A DNA stretch of 64,000 bases from a bacterium (lineage in GTDB: Bacteria; SAR324; XYD2-FULL-50-16; G965216635): assembly GCA_965216635.1 (NCBI GenBank), contig OZ244188.1:448001-512000 (forward strand). The letters run 5' to 3'. Both the position numbers and the translations under genes were made by a program. This document shows, piece after piece, positions 1 through 10,532 of this stretch (position 1 is the first letter of the stretch; each line of letters opens with the position of its first letter). The notes beneath the pieces were generated by a model that did no database searches, was not told where the DNA came from, and was given only the letters and a program-made list of their open reading frames with translations.

Positions 1-718
1 ATTTTTTGTTACTGATGAGATTATGAAAAAGGCTAATGACTTTACTTCCGTTTTCCCTGAGGGAAAAGAGATGATACGTTATCGCATTAAATTTTTTGAT
101 GATACCATACTTTCCTATATCAACCAAGGGACTACACAATTTGTGTTGTTAGGTGGTGGGTTTGATATGAGAGCTTGTAAATATGCAAAACAGGGCATCA
201 AATTTTACGACCTTGACCAAGCCCCTGTATTGAATTTTAAGCAAAGTGTAATCGCAAAAAATAATATAGATTATCCATCTACTTCTATCTGTTGTGATTA
301 TCTTTTAGACGATATAGTTGGTTGCTTAACCGAAAAAGGATTTAATGCTAACCTACCTAGTTTGTTTATTTGGGAAGGCAACACGCTTTATATTACAAAG
401 GAAAAAATCTATTCTTTATTGAGCAATCTAGGCAAGCAACTAGATAATTTTAATATTTCCTTTGATTATATCGCCCAAACTGTAGTCACTAGAACCAGCG
501 GTATAGAGTCCGTAACGAAAGCAGCAGATTTTTTTGAAAATATGGGCTCGCCTTGGATAACTGGATTTGATGATGTTAGAGATATTGAAAAAAACACTTC
601 ATTGAAAGTAATAAAAAATTTCTTGATGAAATCTTTAGAAAAAAAATATTTTCCTGATACCGCAGCTGCCGACCCAAATATTTTGAGTCAGTATTCAGTT
701 TGTATTCTCAGTAATTAA
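1..718 (+). CDS. SAM-dependent methyltransferase, LCM/YktD-like; probably 5'-truncated by the window
   Basis: Motifs RIKFFD, FVLLGGGFDMRA, YDLD and FIWEGNTLY; the frame is open from the window start to the ATG at 23. Confidence 0.8.
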   Translation, partial: FFVTDEIMKKANDFTSVFPEGKEMIRYRIKFFDDTILSYINQGTTQFVLLGGGFDMRACKYAKQGIKFYDLDQAPVLNFKQSVIAKNNIDYPSTSICCDYLLDDIVGCLTEKGFNANLPSLFIWEGNTLYITKEKIYSLLSNLGKQLDNFNISFDYIAQTVVTRTSGIESVTKAADFFENMGSPWITGFDDVRDIEKNTSLKVIKNFLMKSLEKKYFPDTAAADPNILSQYSVCILSN

Positions 719-945
719 GCACCGAGATCATTGCATTGGAGCGTGTCCTATTGCAGAATAAATTAAAGCTAAATTTTTCTCTTTTTTTTGTTTTTGGATT
801 TTTGGGTTATGGGTTTTTGTTTTTTGGGGAAAGATAAAATATTTTTTACCAATTTTTCATATCGTCATCGTGATTGAGAAAATCATTGAATTGGCTTGTT
901 TTTATACTATAAAATGAAAAAATTTATTAAAAGTTTGAAAAAAAC

Positions 946-974
946 TTGACATATTAAGTCTAGAATACTAAAAT
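946..974 (+). promoter_or_regulatory. Sigma70-type promoter
   Basis: TTGACA (946-951), 17 bp spacer, TAAAAT (969-974). Confidence 0.65.
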
Positions 975-1026
975 CAATATAACCACACCGAGATACAACT
1001 GAATTAAGTAAGGGCTCTCGGCACCG

Positions 1027-1056
1027 ACAGCCGCCACTAACGCGGCTGTTCTTTTT
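1027..1056 (+). terminator. Intrinsic terminator-like hairpin
   Basis: ACAGCCGC-7 nt loop-GCGGCTGT followed by TCTTTTT. Confidence 0.55.
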
Positions 1057-1086
1057 GCACTCCAATTTTTCATCGCTGTAATCTTC

Positions 1087-1124
1087 GCTTCAATTCTTAC
1101 TTCAATTCTTGCTTCAATTCTTGC
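1087..1124. repeat. 12-bp tandem repeat, about 3 copies
   Basis: Units CTTCAATTCTT(A/G). Confidence 0.8.
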
Positions 1125-1316
1125 AAAAGCTCACCGCTTTTAGAAAAGGATTGATACAATAATCCTAACAACTTGCTAAATTTTTTCTTTTTTTATTTTT
1201 TTTGGATTTTTAGTTTTACTAATTTATTTTATTTTTTGGAGTTAGTAAATAAGTTTGAAAAGTTTTTGTTTTGTTGTAAGAAATAGTAAGGTAATTAAAA
1301 ACATATTAAGAAAAAA

Positions 1317-3362
1317 ATGGAAAATAAATTTTACGATAAATTGGTAGATTTGCTGCAAGAAGACGATAGATTTGTGGCAAAACAAACAGATAAAAATAAA
1401 AAAAAAGAACTCATTAAAAGTAAAATTCTCAATGCAGCAGGTAGTTTAGATAAAAAGCTAATTGCGGATTTGCTCGCTGTAGCAGAGTTTAAGGAAAAGT
1501 TTTTTTTCAAAGTGGAAGAGGCTTTGGTTTTTGACGTAAATTCTTTTAATCAATTTGTGCAGGACAAGAAATTTTTGAGTAATTCTTACACAGGTTTTAA
1601 AAACAAAATAGGACTCAATATTGACGGAAAGTTTTTGAAAGAAAGAGGCGAAGTGTCTTTGGTTTTTCCTTTTAAGGATTGTGTTTTGGCAGGTGGAATG
1701 ACGAAGGAAGAACAAAAAAGAGACGAGGTTTTTTTCAACGAGATTTTAGCTCAAGACGAGATTGATGGGTTGCTTGCTCCTAAAGTTTTCAGCAATTTTA
1801 AAAAATTCACTGCCAAAGGAGAATCTAAAGTAAGCGATTTTGAAAGGGATGAAAACGGCACTATAAAAGACAATCTCATCGTCAAGGGTAATAACCTACT
1901 AGCTTTGCATTCTTTAAAACAAGAATTTCAAGGAAAGGTAAAACTGATTTATATTGATCCACCTTATAATACTGGGAACGACGGTTTTAATTATAACGAC
2001 AATTTTAATCATTCTGCTTGGCTTACCTTTATGAAAAACAGACTAGAGGTAGCCAGAAAACTGTTACAAGAAGATGGAGTTATTTTTGTACAGTGCGATG
2101 ATAACGAACAGGCTTATCTCAAAGTTTTAATGGACGAAGTTTTTGGTAGAGATAATTTTGTTAATAGTATTACTGTAAAAGCAAAAGTAAGTGCTGGAGC
2201 AAGCGGAGGCGGTGAAGATAAAAAAATAAAAAAAAATACAGAAAACCTTGTTTTTTTTTGCAAAAACAGGTCTCAATTTCAATATATTCCTTTATACAAA
2301 AAGTATTTGATTGATGATTATATTGCAGAACATAAGCAAAATAATGTTGGGTTTAATTATACAAGAATTTTAAAACACGAAGGTAGCAAAATTCTTTTTA
2401 AAGAACTGGAAGGAATAAAAATCTACAAACATCAAAACTTTAAATTTGATACTGTTTTAAATATTCAAAAAGAAGAAAAGTTGTCTGTTGGAGAGGTTTA
2501 TAAAAAATATTTTAATAAAATATTTATGACAACAAATGCGCAAACTTCTATTTTAAGCAAAGTCAATCGTGAAATTAATGAAAAAAAACGGTTTGTATCC
2601 TATGAATATATTCCAAGAAGTGGTAGATATAAAAATCAAAAAACAGTCAAGTTTGTATGGAATGAAACACTAGTTGTTTGGTTTTCAGATTCTGCTTTAT
2701 TAGAAAAAAGTATGGTCTATAAGACAGAAGAGATAGGCACTTTATGGAATGATATTTCTTGGGGAAGATTAGATTTAGAAGGAGGTACGAAATTTAAAAA
2801 TGGGAAAAAACCAGAATCCTTACTCGAAAGAATTTTAGAATTATCTACCCAACCAAGCGATATAGTTTTAGATTACCATTTAGGAAGCGGAACAACCTGT
2901 GCAGTAGCTCATAAAATGGGCAGACGCTATATTGGAATAGAGCAAATGGATTATGTAGAAACGATTGCTTGCGAAAGAATGAAAAAAGTAATTGCTGGAG
3001 AGCAGGGTGGTATTTCAAAATCTGTGAATTGGCAAGGCGGCGGTGAGTTTATTTATTTTGAGCTAAAAAAATACAACCAAGAGGCAGTAGAGAAACTAGA
3101 CAAAGCAGAAAACACAGAGAAATTGCTAAAAATCTGGCAAGAGATGTGCGAGCATTATTTTCTAAACTACGATGTGGATATAAAAAAATTCAACGAAAGC
3201 CAAGCAGATTTTCAAAAACTCACTTTGATAAAACAGAAAAAACGCCTTTTAGGAATGCTGAATAAAAACCAGCTTTATATCAATCTGTCTGAGATGAATG
3301 ACTCTCAATTTAGGATTAGCGAAGAAGACAAAAACCTTACAAAAAAGTTTTACAAAAAATGA
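1317..3362 (+). CDS. mod: Type III R-M methyltransferase subunit (Mod)
   Basis: LIYIDPPYN and DYHLGSGTT motifs flanking a TRD; ATGA overlap with res. Confidence 0.92.
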   Translation: MENKFYDKLVDLLQEDDRFVAKQTDKNKKKELIKSKILNAAGSLDKKLIADLLAVAEFKEKFFFKVEEALVFDVNSFNQFVQDKKFLSNSYTGFKNKIGLNIDGKFLKERGEVSLVFPFKDCVLAGGMTKEEQKRDEVFFNEILAQDEIDGLLAPKVFSNFKKFTAKGESKVSDFERDENGTIKDNLIVKGNNLLALHSLKQEFQGKVKLIYIDPPYNTGNDGFNYNDNFNHSAWLTFMKNRLEVARKLLQEDGVIFVQCDDNEQAYLKVLMDEVFGRDNFVNSITVKAKVSAGASGGGEDKKIKKNTENLVFFCKNRSQFQYIPLYKKYLIDDYIAEHKQNNVGFNYTRILKHEGSKILFKELEGIKIYKHQNFKFDTVLNIQKEEKLSVGEVYKKYFNKIFMTTNAQTSILSKVNREINEKKRFVSYEYIPRSGRYKNQKTVKFVWNETLVVWFSDSALLEKSMVYKTEEIGTLWNDISWGRLDLEGGTKFKNGKKPESLLERILELSTQPSDIVLDYHLGSGTTCAVAHKMGRRYIGIEQMDYVETIACERMKKVIAGEQGGISKSVNWQGGGEFIYFELKKYNQEAVEKLDKAENTEKLLKIWQEMCEHYFLNYDVDIKKFNESQADFQKLTLIKQKKRLLGMLNKNQLYINLSEMNDSQFRISEEDKNLTKKFYKK

Positions 3363-5974
3363 CTCAGCAAACTCTTCCTATGCAAAATCAGCAGTGGCTT
3401 TATCAAAAGCTAGATAATGCAAAAGAATTTGGTAACCTAGACCAATTTTTAGAAACTCCGAAATTACTCAGCGAAAATCTCAATCCTGAATTTGAATTGA
3501 GAGAATACCAAAAGGAAGCTTTTGCTAGGTTCTTTTATTATTTTGAAGAATACCCTAGCAAAGAAACACCGATACACCTGCTTTACAATATGGCTACGGG
3601 TAGCGGGAAAACTCTCGTTATGGCAGGGCTTATTCTTTACCTTTACGGCAAGGGCTATAGAAATTTTTTGTTTTTTGTAAGTTTTAAAAATATTATAGAA
3701 AAAACAAAAGATAATTTTCTCAACAATCAATCTGGCAAATATCTTTTCAATCAAAAAATACAATTTCAAAACAAAGAAATTTTTATTAGCCAAGTAGATA
3801 ATTTTGAGGGAGTAAGTAGCGAGAATATAAATATCTGCTTTACTACGATCCAAAAATTGCATTCTGATTTGCATAGCGAAAAAGAAAATGCCTTAACCTT
3901 TGAGGATTTTAGGGAGAAAAAAATTGTCTTGCTTGCAGACGAGGCGCATCACGGGCAGGCAAAAACAAAACAGCAAGCGCAGGCTTTACGCCAAAGGGAC
4001 GAGAAACCTAACTGGGAAAATACAGTGTTAAAAATTTTTGAAAAGAACAAAGAAAATATACTTTTGGAATTTACAGCGACGATGGATTTTCTCAATAAGC
4101 AAATTGAGAAAAAATATATTTCAAAAGTGATTTATCAATACGATTTAAAGCATTTTAGAAACGATAGGTTTTCTAAGGATGTGGAAATACTGCGTTCGGA
4201 TACTGATAAAAAAGGGAGAATTTTGCAAGCTTTGATTATCAATCAATACCGCCAAGATATAGCGGGAAAGCACAGAATAAACCTAAAACCAGTGATACTC
4301 TTTAAGTCGCATCACACTATCCAAGAATCTAAAGAAAATCAAGAATTTTTTCATCGTTTGATAGAAAATTTGTCTGTCAAAGAGCTAGAGGAAATACAGC
4401 AAAAAACAAACATTAAAGAAATAAAAAGGGCTTTTACTTTTTTTGAAGGACAAGGAAGTTTGGAGCAGTTAATCCAAAAATTGCAAAGAAATTTTGCGGA
4501 GAATAAATGTATCGGTATGAACGAAGAAAACGAATTAGAGCAAAATCAAATTTTGGTAAATAGTTTGGAAGATAATAATAACCAAATAAGAGCTATTTTT
4601 GTTGTGAATAAGCTCAACGAAGGCTGGGATGTTTTAAACCTGTTTGATATTGTGCGGCTTTATGAAGGACAAGCTGGTGGAGGAAATAGAAAAATTGCAC
4701 CTTCTACCATTTCAGAGGCTCAACTTGTCGGTAGGGGTGCGAGGTATTTTCCTTTTGTAGTAAAGACACAAAAAGAGGAAAAATTTTTAAGAAAGTTTGA
4801 TAATAACTTGGGCGATGAATTGAGAATTTTAGAGGAGCTATATTTTCATAGCCCAAACGAAAGTCGCTATATTTCGGAATTAAAACAGGCTTTAGTGGAG
4901 CAAGGAATAATTGACGATAATACAGAGGAAAGAGAACTAAAACTAAAAGAAACTTTTAAAAAAACAGAGCTTTATAAACAAGGAAGGATTTTTAAAAATA
5001 AAAAAATAGCGAAGGATTATTCCAGTATAAAATCTTTTGCAGATTTAGGAGTGCATCAAAAAAATTTTGATTATGAAATTCCTACTGGTAGAGGAAAAAT
5101 AACAGACGCTTTGACAGAGGAGAATTATGATAACTTTACTATTCACGATAAAAAACCTAGAACTTTGAAAATCAACAAGATAGAAAGGCATATTGTGAAA
5201 AATGCTTTGGCTAGAAAAGAATTTTTTTGCTTCGCTAGTGTGAAAAAATATTTTCCAAACCTACAATCTCTAAATGAACTAATAGAAAATAAAGAATTTT
5301 TGAGTGATATAGGAATCTGTTTTTATGGCTTAAAAGAAGATACAGAAAATCTTTCTAACATAAACAAGTTTCAAGCTGTGCTACAGGTTTTAGACGAAAT
5401 AGAAGAAAAACTAAAGAATAATATTACCGATTACCAAGGTACAGAAAAATTTAATGCTGATAGAATACACAAAGTATTTTTTGATAAAACATTAAAAATA
5501 AAAGCTGATTCAGAAAAAAAAGAGGGACAAGAAGAATTTCTTAAAAATAAGGATTGGTATGCGTTTAATGCAAACTATGGCACTGATGAAGAAAAAGCCT
5601 GTGTGGAGTTTATAGATAGATTGATTGAGGAAGATTTTAAGAGAAAATACAAAGAAATTTATTTGTTAAGAAATGAATTGCACTTTGTGATTTATAATTT
5701 TTCTGATGGGCGGGGCTTTGCTCCTGATTTTGTTTTGTTTCTAAAGGATAAAAAGGGCAAGGAGCTTTCTTATCAAATTTTTATAGAGCCTAAAGGAAAG
5801 TATCTCGCAGGCACAGACGATTGGAAAAATGAATTTCTAAAAAAAATTAGAGAAAATTTTAATGCTAAAAATTTTGCAGAAACAAAAAAATATAGAGTCG
5901 TTGGTGTGCCTTTTTTTGATAAAGATGAGGAAAATAAGTTTAAAGAAAATTTACAGAATGTTTTACAATCCTAA
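3359..5974 (+). CDS. res: Type III R-M restriction subunit (Res; helicase plus PD-(D/E)xK nuclease)
   Basis: MATGSGKT, LADEAH, FTAT, LNEGWD, QLVGRGAR; C-terminal PDF...IEPKG. Confidence 0.92.
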   Translation: MTQQTLPMQNQQWLYQKLDNAKEFGNLDQFLETPKLLSENLNPEFELREYQKEAFARFFYYFEEYPSKETPIHLLYNMATGSGKTLVMAGLILYLYGKGYRNFLFFVSFKNIIEKTKDNFLNNQSGKYLFNQKIQFQNKEIFISQVDNFEGVSSENINICFTTIQKLHSDLHSEKENALTFEDFREKKIVLLADEAHHGQAKTKQQAQALRQRDEKPNWENTVLKIFEKNKENILLEFTATMDFLNKQIEKKYISKVIYQYDLKHFRNDRFSKDVEILRSDTDKKGRILQALIINQYRQDIAGKHRINLKPVILFKSHHTIQESKENQEFFHRLIENLSVKELEEIQQKTNIKEIKRAFTFFEGQGSLEQLIQKLQRNFAENKCIGMNEENELEQNQILVNSLEDNNNQIRAIFVVNKLNEGWDVLNLFDIVRLYEGQAGGGNRKIAPSTISEAQLVGRGARYFPFVVKTQKEEKFLRKFDNNLGDELRILEELYFHSPNESRYISELKQALVEQGIIDDNTEERELKLKETFKKTELYKQGRIFKNKKIAKDYSSIKSFADLGVHQKNFDYEIPTGRGKITDALTEENYDNFTIHDKKPRTLKINKIERHIVKNALARKEFFCFASVKKYFPNLQSLNELIENKEFLSDIGICFYGLKEDTENLSNINKFQAVLQVLDEIEEKLKNNITDYQGTEKFNADRIHKVFFDKTLKIKADSEKKEGQEEFLKNKDWYAFNANYGTDEEKACVEFIDRLIEEDFKRKYKEIYLLRNELHFVIYNFSDGRGFAPDFVLFLKDKKGKELSYQIFIEPKGKYLAGTDDWKNEFLKKIRENFNAKNFAETKKYRVVGVPFFDKDEENKFKENLQNVLQS

Positions 5975-6024
5975 TAATTTCTGCAGTAGCATACAATCTC
6001 CATAACTAGGGTGGGCTGAAATTC

Positions 6025-6177
6025 AGATAGATTGTAGCTTGGGCTTGGTGGTGTTGGGTTGGTAGTTTTTAAGTTTTCTAAAATGACTTCAAGCATAAAT
6101 TCTATGAATGCAGGGCTGTCTTTTTTTTTTGTTGGATGTGGCGAGAGCGTCGTAGTATTTTTGTTGGAAGTGGCGAG
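6025..6177 (-). repeat. Orphan copy A of the fic 3' end
   Basis: Matches 9695-9820, including the core TTTTCTAAAATGACTTCAAGCATAAATTCTATGAATG and GTTGGATGTGGCGAGAGCGTCGTAGTATTTTTGTTGG. Confidence 0.9.
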
Positions 6178-6286
6178 TTTGTTTTATAAGTCAAACAAAA
6201 ATTTTATAGAAAGTGATTTTTATTGTTAGCTAAATTTTTCTCTTTTTTCATTTTTTTTTGTTTTTATAATATTTTCAATACTGTTC

Positions 6287-6317
6287 AACTTGAGGTCGCA
6301 AATTGTGACCTCAAGTT
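6287..6317. other. 31-bp near-perfect palindrome between the convergent res and herA genes
   Basis: AACTTGAGGTCGCAAATTGTGACCTCAAGTT. Confidence 0.7.
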
Positions 6318-6374
6318 TGAAAAAATCTTATTGTGATGAATTTTAAGTAAATTTTAACAATCCTGAAATGTTTG

Positions 6375-8303
6375 TTATTTTAATTTCTGTTTTATAAACC
6401 ATTCTTTTGGAATATTACAATTTTGGCTACTCGGTTCTGGATTTGCTTTATCTATTTTTATCTGAAGAGGCATTGATACACAATGACCAAATACTAATGC
6501 TTCACCAGGGATTGATTGTTTTATTTTATTAGTAAAATCATCTGAAAAGTAAGGAAGTATAGCTTGTATATAACGCATATCTTGATCATTTTGGATTCTA
6601 TGAATTATAAAATTAGCGCATTGTGAAAGCACTGTATCAGATAACTCGGATGGTCTTTGTGAGGAAATGAATAAATAAATAGAATATTTTCGTCCTTCAC
6701 GAGCGATTTTTTCAAAAATATTTTCTTTAAGTAAATATTCATAGTTTTTTTTTATATATCTATGAGCTTCATCTAAAACCAAATGTATAGGTTTTTCTCT
6801 TCGGTCTCCACCTGTTAATGTTTTTCTTTTATCAAAAAGTAGTCTTGAAAGAACACTAGTTAATGTTTCTAGTACATCTGGGCTTAGTTCGCTGGTGTCA
6901 ATAATAATGAGTTGAGTCTTATCTTCGTCTTTACCCCACAGATTTTCTAAATATTTTTCAACAGTGTCTATATTATTTGATTCTCTCATAAAATCACAAT
7001 CAGTATTTTCTAAAAAATAATCAAGTCTTGTCATCATTGTTGCCACAAAACCTCTAATTTGTTTATTTCCTCGTGCCTCCTCTTCTAATAAAATCAAGTC
7101 AGCGGCTATTTTTAAAAAATTATAATCAAAAAACTCTCCATCTTTTATTTTTGAATCTATAACTTCTTGAGCTTGAATATTATTTATCTTATCAACAACT
7201 TTTTTAACTGTATTTTCTAATCCATCATGGTTCTGTCCGAAAAAAATAGTGCAAGCACTTTGTAAAGATTCAATATCACTAATTAAATCACTTGAGGCAT
7301 TTCTAAGAGGTGGATAATTATTAATAATACTTAATATACTTCCCATTATACTAGAGGCTGTAGTTATTCTAACGGTATCGCTGTCAGCTTGTCTTAATGC
7401 GCTACGAACTAAAAAACAAATTTTATACCTTAAGTAATTTACAAACTTTTCTTTCTCGTCATTTGATGCAGAGCCAATTTTATAAAATCTATAGCTTTCT
7501 TGGAGAACTTTATCCCAAAAAGGTCTCTGCGTTGCTTCAGTTGCTAATAAAAAACTACTCCATTCATTTAAGGACATCAAAAAATGTGGTAAATAAAAAG
7601 GTTCGTAGTCATCTGTTTCATTTTCTATGTTAGGTTTGTAATATTTTATGGTAATATTTTCATTAGTATTTTTTTTTGTAAATGCTGACTTGTATTCTCC
7701 ATTCACATCAAAAATCAAGATTCTTGAACCTTCTGCCGAATAATCTTTCTTTTTATGAATTTGTTGAATAATATGAGCAATAGTGTTTGATTTTCCGCTG
7801 CCTGTATTTCCTAGAACAGTTGAATGAATATTAAAAAAATTATCTATACCAATAGCAATAGGGTAGTTGATTAAATTTTTACTTATTCCTAGAGAAAACG
7901 ACTGGTGTATTTCATTATCGGTTTCATTATCTGTTGTTTGTAAAATTATTTCCATATCTTCATAAGTGACTATACTTACATCACTATACAAACTAGGGAA
8001 TACACCAACACCTAATGTAAATTCTGTTTTTTCTTTATTGATTGTTCCAATAGGTTTGAGTAAAAGTTCTCTATTACTTTCAATATCAAAAGAGATTTTT
8101 TCTTGATGAATATCTGCATCAAATATTGATATAACTTCACAAATTATAACTTCTTCTATTGCGTTAGTAATTTTTAAGTAGCTACCAATATTGCCAAAAT
8201 AATAAATATTGCCTTGTAGATTAACCGAACCTCCACGAATCTCAGAAGCAATTTTTACTTTGATTTTGCTATAATCAATAGAAGTGATTTTACCTATTTT
8301 CAT
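6375..8303 (-). CDS. herA: HerA/FtsK-family ATPase of a Sir2-HerA anti-phage system
   Basis: N-terminal HAS-like region, Walker A GNTGSGKS, Walker B VLDEAH, REGRK and SQRPSEL motifs. Confidence 0.88.
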   Translation of the reverse strand: MKIGKITSIDYSKIKVKIASEIRGGSVNLQGNIYYFGNIGSYLKITNAIEEVIICEVISIFDADIHQEKISFDIESNRELLLKPIGTINKEKTEFTLGVGVFPSLYSDVSIVTYEDMEIILQTTDNETDNEIHQSFSLGISKNLINYPIAIGIDNFFNIHSTVLGNTGSGKSNTIAHIIQQIHKKKDYSAEGSRILIFDVNGEYKSAFTKKNTNENITIKYYKPNIENETDDYEPFYLPHFLMSLNEWSSFLLATEATQRPFWDKVLQESYRFYKIGSASNDEKEKFVNYLRYKICFLVRSALRQADSDTVRITTASSIMGSILSIINNYPPLRNASSDLISDIESLQSACTIFFGQNHDGLENTVKKVVDKINNIQAQEVIDSKIKDGEFFDYNFLKIAADLILLEEEARGNKQIRGFVATMMTRLDYFLENTDCDFMRESNNIDTVEKYLENLWGKDEDKTQLIIIDTSELSPDVLETLTSVLSRLLFDKRKTLTGGDRREKPIHLVLDEAHRYIKKNYEYLLKENIFEKIAREGRKYSIYLFISSQRPSELSDTVLSQCANFIIHRIQNDQDMRYIQAILPYFSDDFTNKIKQSIPGEALVFGHCVSMPLQIKIDKANPEPSSQNCNIPKEWFIKQKLK

Positions 8304-9532
8304 TTATTGGGTTTTTTTACAGAGTTTAATAAACGTTCTATAACAGCATCGGAAATTTTCTCTTCTTTGTTTTTATCTAAATCTGGCAATAACTTATTAG
8401 CAATATAGTCAAAATAATGAATTTCTTCATTTTTTATTTTGCCAAAAATTCTATAAAATCTAGGGTCATCAATTTCTACAAGAGGGCATTCTTGAGGTTC
8501 TCCTTCTACAAGAAGGCATTCTTTAGGTTCTCCAAAAATTAAAATAGATATAGAAGAATTAGAAGACATTGATTGATAGATAATATTATTTATATGGGCA
8601 TCACTAAAACTATAACCGATAACAAATAATACAGAGTTTGGTAGATTTAGTTTTGTTTGAAATTCCCTAATTAAATCTGAGTATGGTGTTCCTAAGCTTT
8701 GATATTGTTTTAAAGGTGTTGGGTAAATTAAGTGAGATGTACTGTTTTTTATTTCTGAGCTAGGTATTTCTTTAATATCAAATAAAGAGTTACCTGTTTT
8801 TTCAATCCAGTTAATAGAACCGTGCAATTTGTAGAGATACACCATATTTTCTAATGGCTCAAATTTTTCTAAATTAGCATCTATTTTTTTTGAAAAAGTA
8901 TAATGGAATCTTGCAGGATTAAAGACTCTTTCAATCCCACCACCAAATCCATTATTATAGTTTATATTCGAGTCATCTAAAGCTTTTTCATTAAATAAAT
9001 CACTATTAGTTGTAAAAATATTTACTCTTGAAAGATCTTTATTTCTCAATGCAATTTTTTGATAAAATTTTTTGTATACCTCTAAGGTTTTAGAGCATTC
9101 TTTACTTGAAAGATCTTTATTTATTTCTTTAACTATCTTATCTTCTATAGTATGAATAAGATTTTTTACACTACTGAGTTTATTTTCTTTTAGTTCACTT
9201 ATACCTTCTAAGTAATGTTTTTTTGCGTATAATATTTCTAATTTTTTTTCTAAATCCTCATCAGTTTTGATCTTATCAAACAGATTTTTTTGCTCTTCAT
9301 TCTGTTCATTTTTAACTGTTTCTTGTATTTGCGTATACATCTTTTTCATTGTAGGTATGGCAGGTTGGCTCGCTCCAGCACCTAAAAGAAAATTGATATT
9401 TTTTATATTAGAAAGGTCAAGAATCTTTTTTTTTATTGCTTCTATATCATCTTGCGCTTCATTGTTCTCTTTTAGTAAATCTTTTTTTCCTTGAAGAAAA
9501 GATATTTTTTCTTTTTCAGTATTATTGTTCAT
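8300..9532 (-). CDS. SIR2-domain NADase of a Sir2-HerA system
   Basis: FLLGAGAS, FTTNSD, YKLHGS, VIGYSFSDAHIN; 4-bp overlap with herA. Confidence 0.88.
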   Translation of the reverse strand: MNNNTEKEKISFLQGKKDLLKENNEAQDDIEAIKKKILDLSNIKNINFLLGAGASQPAIPTMKKMYTQIQETVKNEQNEEQKNLFDKIKTDEDLEKKLEILYAKKHYLEGISELKENKLSSVKNLIHTIEDKIVKEINKDLSSKECSKTLEVYKKFYQKIALRNKDLSRVNIFTTNSDLFNEKALDDSNINYNNGFGGGIERVFNPARFHYTFSKKIDANLEKFEPLENMVYLYKLHGSINWIEKTGNSLFDIKEIPSSEIKNSTSHLIYPTPLKQYQSLGTPYSDLIREFQTKLNLPNSVLFVIGYSFSDAHINNIIYQSMSSNSSISILIFGEPKECLLVEGEPQECPLVEIDDPRFYRIFGKIKNEEIHYFDYIANKLLPDLDKNKEEKISDAVIERLLNSVKKPNK

Positions 9533-9708
9533 TATGACTCTTTTTAAATTAAATTTCTTTCAAACCTGCCTTTCATTATAACAGAGAAAAATGAAAATAC
9601 AATTATGATGGTTATTCAGCGGTTGTATTTTATGAGGAGTGCTAGAAACCTCTGAAATAGAATGCAGACTGTTCTTTTTTGTACTCCAAAATTTAGATAG
9701 ATTGTAGC

Positions 9709-10464
9709 TTACTTGGTGGTTTTTAGGTTTTCTAAAATGACTTCAAGCATAAATTCTATGAATGTGGTGCTGTCTTTTTTTTTGTTGGATGTGGCGAGAG
9801 CGTCGTAGTATTTTTGTTGGTGTTTTTTGATTGTGCTTTCAATGGGTAAAAAATAAAAAACTTTTTGCCATCTGCCTAAAATTAAAGTTTGCCATAGCCT
9901 ACCCATTCTGCCATTGCCATCACTAAATGGATGGATAAATTCAAACTCATAATGAAAAACACTGCTACTAATCAGGGGCTGTTCTTTTGTGGATTTGAGC
10001 CAGTTTAAAACATTTTCCATTAGGGCGGGAACGCGACTTGGTTGCGGTGCAATATGAATTGGCTCGCCATTTTTATAGACGCCAATATTATCTCGGCGAA
10101 AATATCCGGCGTCTTGTAAAAGTTCTTGCATCATTATTTTGTGAGTCTCGCATAAACTTTTTATGCTGGCGGGTTGGTATTTTTCTAAGGATTCATAAGC
10201 CTTGATAGCTCCTCGCACTTCTGCAATTTCTCTTTGTGTTCCTTGAACGGGTTTGCCGTCTAAAATCGTGGATACTTGTTTTAAGCTGAGTCTATTGCCT
10301 TCAATAGCCACAGTTCCAGTGATGCTTTTTATGCGGTTTTGTTTTTTAGATTGAGAGGATTGATTGATAGCTTCTACATTGGCACTTTTCAAAATTTGTT
10401 TTATATCTGTGGCTAGTGAGAGAATTTTTTTTGTGATTTTGTAAGGGGGTTGGTAGGTTTTCAC
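9709..10464 (-). CDS. fic: Fic-domain protein with N-terminal autoinhibitory motif (class II-like)
   Basis: HPFSDGNGRMGR catalytic motif; TVAIEGN fits (S/T)xxxE(G/N); GTG start. Confidence 0.9.
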   Translation of the reverse strand: MKTYQPPYKITKKILSLATDIKQILKSANVEAINQSSQSKKQNRIKSITGTVAIEGNRLSLKQVSTILDGKPVQGTQREIAEVRGAIKAYESLEKYQPASIKSLCETHKIMMQELLQDAGYFRRDNIGVYKNGEPIHIAPQPSRVPALMENVLNWLKSTKEQPLISSSVFHYEFEFIHPFSDGNGRMGRLWQTLILGRWQKVFYFLPIESTIKKHQQKYYDALATSNKKKDSTTFIEFMLEVILENLKTTK

Positions 10465-10532
10465 TGGGATTTTTTTTTGGTTTTGTGTTGTCTAGCCTTC
10501 TTATAACACCTAGTTTAACAGTCTTTATTATA

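Noticed and set aside
1317..3362. Phase-variable mod (phasevarion)
   Set aside because: No simple-sequence repeat tract beyond A/T homopolymers, which are ubiquitous in this window
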